Program-made: the position numbers and the translations under genes
Source of the DNA: Klebsormidium nitens
Lineage: Eukaryota; Plantae; Klebsormidiophyceae
Length of the DNA stretch: 64,000 nt
NCBI GenBank assembly: GCA_000708835.1
Contig: DF237353.1
Coordinates: 20,553 to 84,552 of the forward strand
Direction: 5' to 3'
Part shown: piece after piece, positions 61,401 to 64,000 of the stretch
Position numbering within the stretch: the first letter of the stretch is position 1
Layout: each line of letters starts with the position of its first letter
The notes under the pieces: model-generated
Told to the model about the DNA's origin: nothing
The model's input: the letters and a program-made list of their open reading frames with translations, nothing else
Databases searched by the model: none

Positions 61401-63065
61401 CTCACCTTCGTATCAAGCATGATTGCCAGGACGTTGTGGCCGCGCTCGCGATTGTACTCGCGCACCAGCTCGATGACCTTGAGATGCGACGCGTGGTCTC
61501 CGTGCGACATGTTCAGGCGAGCCACATTCATGCCGGTCTCCGCCAGCTGACACACAGTTTGAAGAAGACAGCATCAGCAAGCTAATCGCTGGACCGCAGT
61601 GACTTATCTTTGCAATGCAAGAGATGGTGTAGAGTCATAACACTCACTCTTGATTTGAAAAAGCATCATGGAAAATTGCAGGGCAAAAAGACTCTTCGTT
61701 GAAGTCCCTTCTCAGTAAAGTTGTCCGATAGTACTTGTGCATAAGGTACTGGGGACGTAAGCGCAGAAGGAGAGCGACTTATATCAATAGCTGCTGGGAG
61801 TCCAAGAGACCTGAAAATTCTGACTGTGGCTGACAGTCAAAGTGGGGGCTGCACCACTATGTATCACCACTATATGCATCAAGAAGCGAACAGAACAGAA
61901 GAAAGGCGCACAAGCGACAAAATAAAGTCAACTTCATTTGAGCATCTTTGACCACCAGCGTTGAGTAAGAAAGCGCCGCCGCAATCCCAAAAGTTTCACA
62001 CTCTTCCTGAGAGAAGCATGCTCGATGCTAGATCTGCCTTCTCTGAACGGACCCTGTTTACTTTCCCTTAGTTGGCAGCAGGCTCAACTAACAGGCTGAA
62101 TTGAGGGTTAACAAGAGGTGCAAGTGCACAGAACAACGTACAAAGGAGTGCACACATCTTATTGTTGATGTCCACCACTCTGAAAATGCACTCAACGTAC
62201 CTTCCAGATCATCTCCTTGGTCCAGCTGGTTGGCCCGATGGTGCATACTATTTTGGTCTTCCTCTGAAAGGTCGGCTGCGGCCAGTTCGCGTTGGTTGGC
62301 TTATCCTCGTCAAGCATTTCGAACAGGTCCGTACTCTGCGATGGCCCAAGTATGCAGTAATAAGTGGCGGCACATTGGGGAGAACGGAGAGGCTGCTTGG
62401 CATACAGCGTGGCACGGGGTGGTTTCATTGACGTCCCTCCATGAAATTGAGCGCATTCAAACGGCAAGTTGATGAGGAAGCGGAGGACGACGTAAAAGTG
62501 CTTACTGATATGGTCGACTAAATGACAAAAATTATGCATGGCAAACAGATCAGCAATCAGCAACGCAGTAGTGGCTCAACATTTGACATTCCATGAGGAC
62601 CCTCTAGAATTTTCCAACTTCTTTTCTTGTTTTTGGGGGTCCAAGCCTACAATAGAGCTCCACAGAAAACCTGCCACTCACCTGAATCTCCTCTGCAAAG
62701 AGCGTAGACGCTGAGATCCGCTGCTCCTCGCTGGTGTACCGCAGCGGGCTCATACCTTTAGACGAACTCCTGGCCGCTCGCTCAGTGACTGTCTTTTCTA
62801 GCACAGGCACCTTGTCATCCGCAGTCACCGGCACAAACCTGTCCTCCTTGACCCTCCTCGTCCTCACTGCCTCCATCCAAAAGGTTGCCCCATTGCTGTT
62901 GCGCTCGCTCTCCCTGATGAGAGGCGCCCCTTTGAATGTAGACCGATACGGAGACGATGGTAATGGCACTGTTTGCAGTGCTTTGCAACCAGGACATGTC
63001 CGGCTGCTGGGGCCCGAAAAGGCACGCAGCTCTCCAAGGAGAGCGGCACCAGTGGCCTGTGCCAT
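55430..63065 (-). CDS. PKP2: Plastidial pyruvate kinase, beta subunit (PKp-beta-like), 12 exons
   Basis: Exon 1 63065-62682 encodes a transit-peptide-like N-terminus. Later exons give [127 protein letters not shown] and, in the last exon 55573-55430, [19 protein letters not shown]. The C-terminal motifs are characteristic of plant PKp-beta. Confidence 0.97.
57627..57647 (-). repeat. Intronic copy of the 3' end of PK exon 57943-57724
   Basis: cctgacagcatgacggcgtcc is identical at 57627-57647 and 57723-57743. The copied donor reads GG instead of GT. Confidence 0.85.
58002..58470 (-). repeat. Array of three degenerate copies of the PK acceptor and exon start ([13 protein letters not shown]...) in the upstream intron
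   Basis: Pseudo-exon starts are at 58073, 58204 and 58461 versus the real start at 57943 (offsets 130, 131, 257). Intron-end sequence is copied too (gttagttgcttattggccacgg versus gttagctgcttgttggccacgg). Confidence 0.93.
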
Positions 63066-63287
63066 CGAAGTGTTAAATCTATTTGCGTAATTCTTTGAAG
63101 TCGCTTCAACCGGAACAGACTAAGCAGGAAGTCAGAAAAAGCTACAAACCCAGGACGATCAAATGTGCACCTCTGGACGCACCTTCTCTGTAACAGCACG
63201 TTTAGGCGCACTTCAATGAAATTTTACTGTAGCTCCCTAAGTTTCACTTTCAAGCATCAATGAAATTCCAGTTAGTTGACTCTAGAC

Positions 63288-63674
63288 CAGTGGTCGTGGC
63301 GAAAATAAATCTTGAAATACACTGAATCGGAGCTCCCAGACACTAATTGGCGAAAATGACACTTAAATAGCGAAATTCCCAGCAGCGGTTGTGGCCGGTA
63401 GGGTGCCCTGGTAACTTACTTTTCTGATCCGACCTGATTTCCCTCGTTTCGTCGAAAAAGTTACTTGACTAAGGACAAACGGGGGCAATAGTACCGGGTT
63501 TTGAGCAGGGCTATAAGTCATCAAAGCCGGTAAAAGCCCCCGAGCACCTGAAAAGTGCCTGACAATTCCTGACCATTTTCGCCAGGCCGGCGAAATTCCC
63601 TTCCTGGACACTAAATGGCGAAAAGCTGGCGAAAATCAAATTGGCGAGATTAATTAGTTTCGCCACGAACATTG
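63288..63674. mobile_element. 387-bp non-autonomous hAT-type MITE
   Basis: 17-bp TIRs CAGTGGTCGTGGCGAAA (63288-63304) and TTTCGCCACGAACATTG (63658-63674) differ by 2 mismatches. They are flanked by a perfect 8-bp TSD CTCTAGAC (63280-63287, 63675-63682). Multiple subterminal GGCGAAA motifs are present and there is no transposase ORF. Confidence 0.93.
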
Positions 63675-64000
63675 CTCTAGACTAAACTTTATTTCAGCTA
63701 CAGGTAGCCGCCCACAGTTTGCCATGATGTCGACTTCTGCTCGCGGCCGCGGCCAGCGCCATCAGTCAGATGCTTATGTGACGCCATCAGCGATGGGTAC
63801 CATGCCTACATCGAATCAAAAGAGCCCTTTCTGGCCACGTGAACAAAAAGAGGCATTAAGTGACGTCAAAGGATTCTTTTGCTGCCAGGGTTTAAACTTT
63901 AGACGTTTGACTGGCAACTTGCAAGCCCCGTTTGTCGCGGCCGCGCTCTGACTTCTTCTCCGAGCCTGTAGCTCGGCCCGCGCGCCCGCGCAGCTGCATA

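Noticed and set aside
1-64000. tRNA, rRNA, organelle insertions or prokaryotic operons/defence systems
   Set aside because: No cloverleaf or rRNA-like stretches were seen, and most identified genes have spliceosomal introns and eukaryotic signatures.

Overview
Eukaryotic nuclear DNA with intron-rich genes (GT-AG introns mostly 200-800 bp). The gene set (plastid pyruvate kinase beta subunit, ATG18b-like, APUM24-like, class-I-like sHSP, helical-repeat+MYND genes) points to a green-plant lineage, probably a streptophyte alga such as Klebsormidium (inference). I assembled 13 protein-coding genes by hand from splice sites and motifs: MPS1/TTK kinase (5'-truncated, +), PNRC/Edc1-motif protein (-), TLDc protein (+), HSP20 (-) with three heat-shock elements, cyanase (+), an atypical clade-3-like catalase (-), intronless helical+MYND protein (+), PUM24/Puf6 (-), ATG18 (+), a second helical+MYND protein (-), a WWE-like/PARP-like ADP-ribosyltransferase (+), an orphan ORF (+) and plastid pyruvate kinase (-). 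A complete hAT-type MITE with an 8-bp TSD lies upstream of pyruvate kinase, and a probable decayed pseudogene lies between HSP20 and cyanase. The most unusual signal is a recurring set of degenerate intronic copies of the adjacent intron/exon junction in four unrelated genes. Pyruvate kinase has an array of them, and one copy differs from the real exon almost only at third codon positions. Other candidates worth follow-up are the WWE-ART gene, the bacterial/clade-3-like catalase with an amphipathic N-terminal extension, and a polyproline tail on MPS1. Exon coordinates are manual and may be off by a few bases. No database searches were run.
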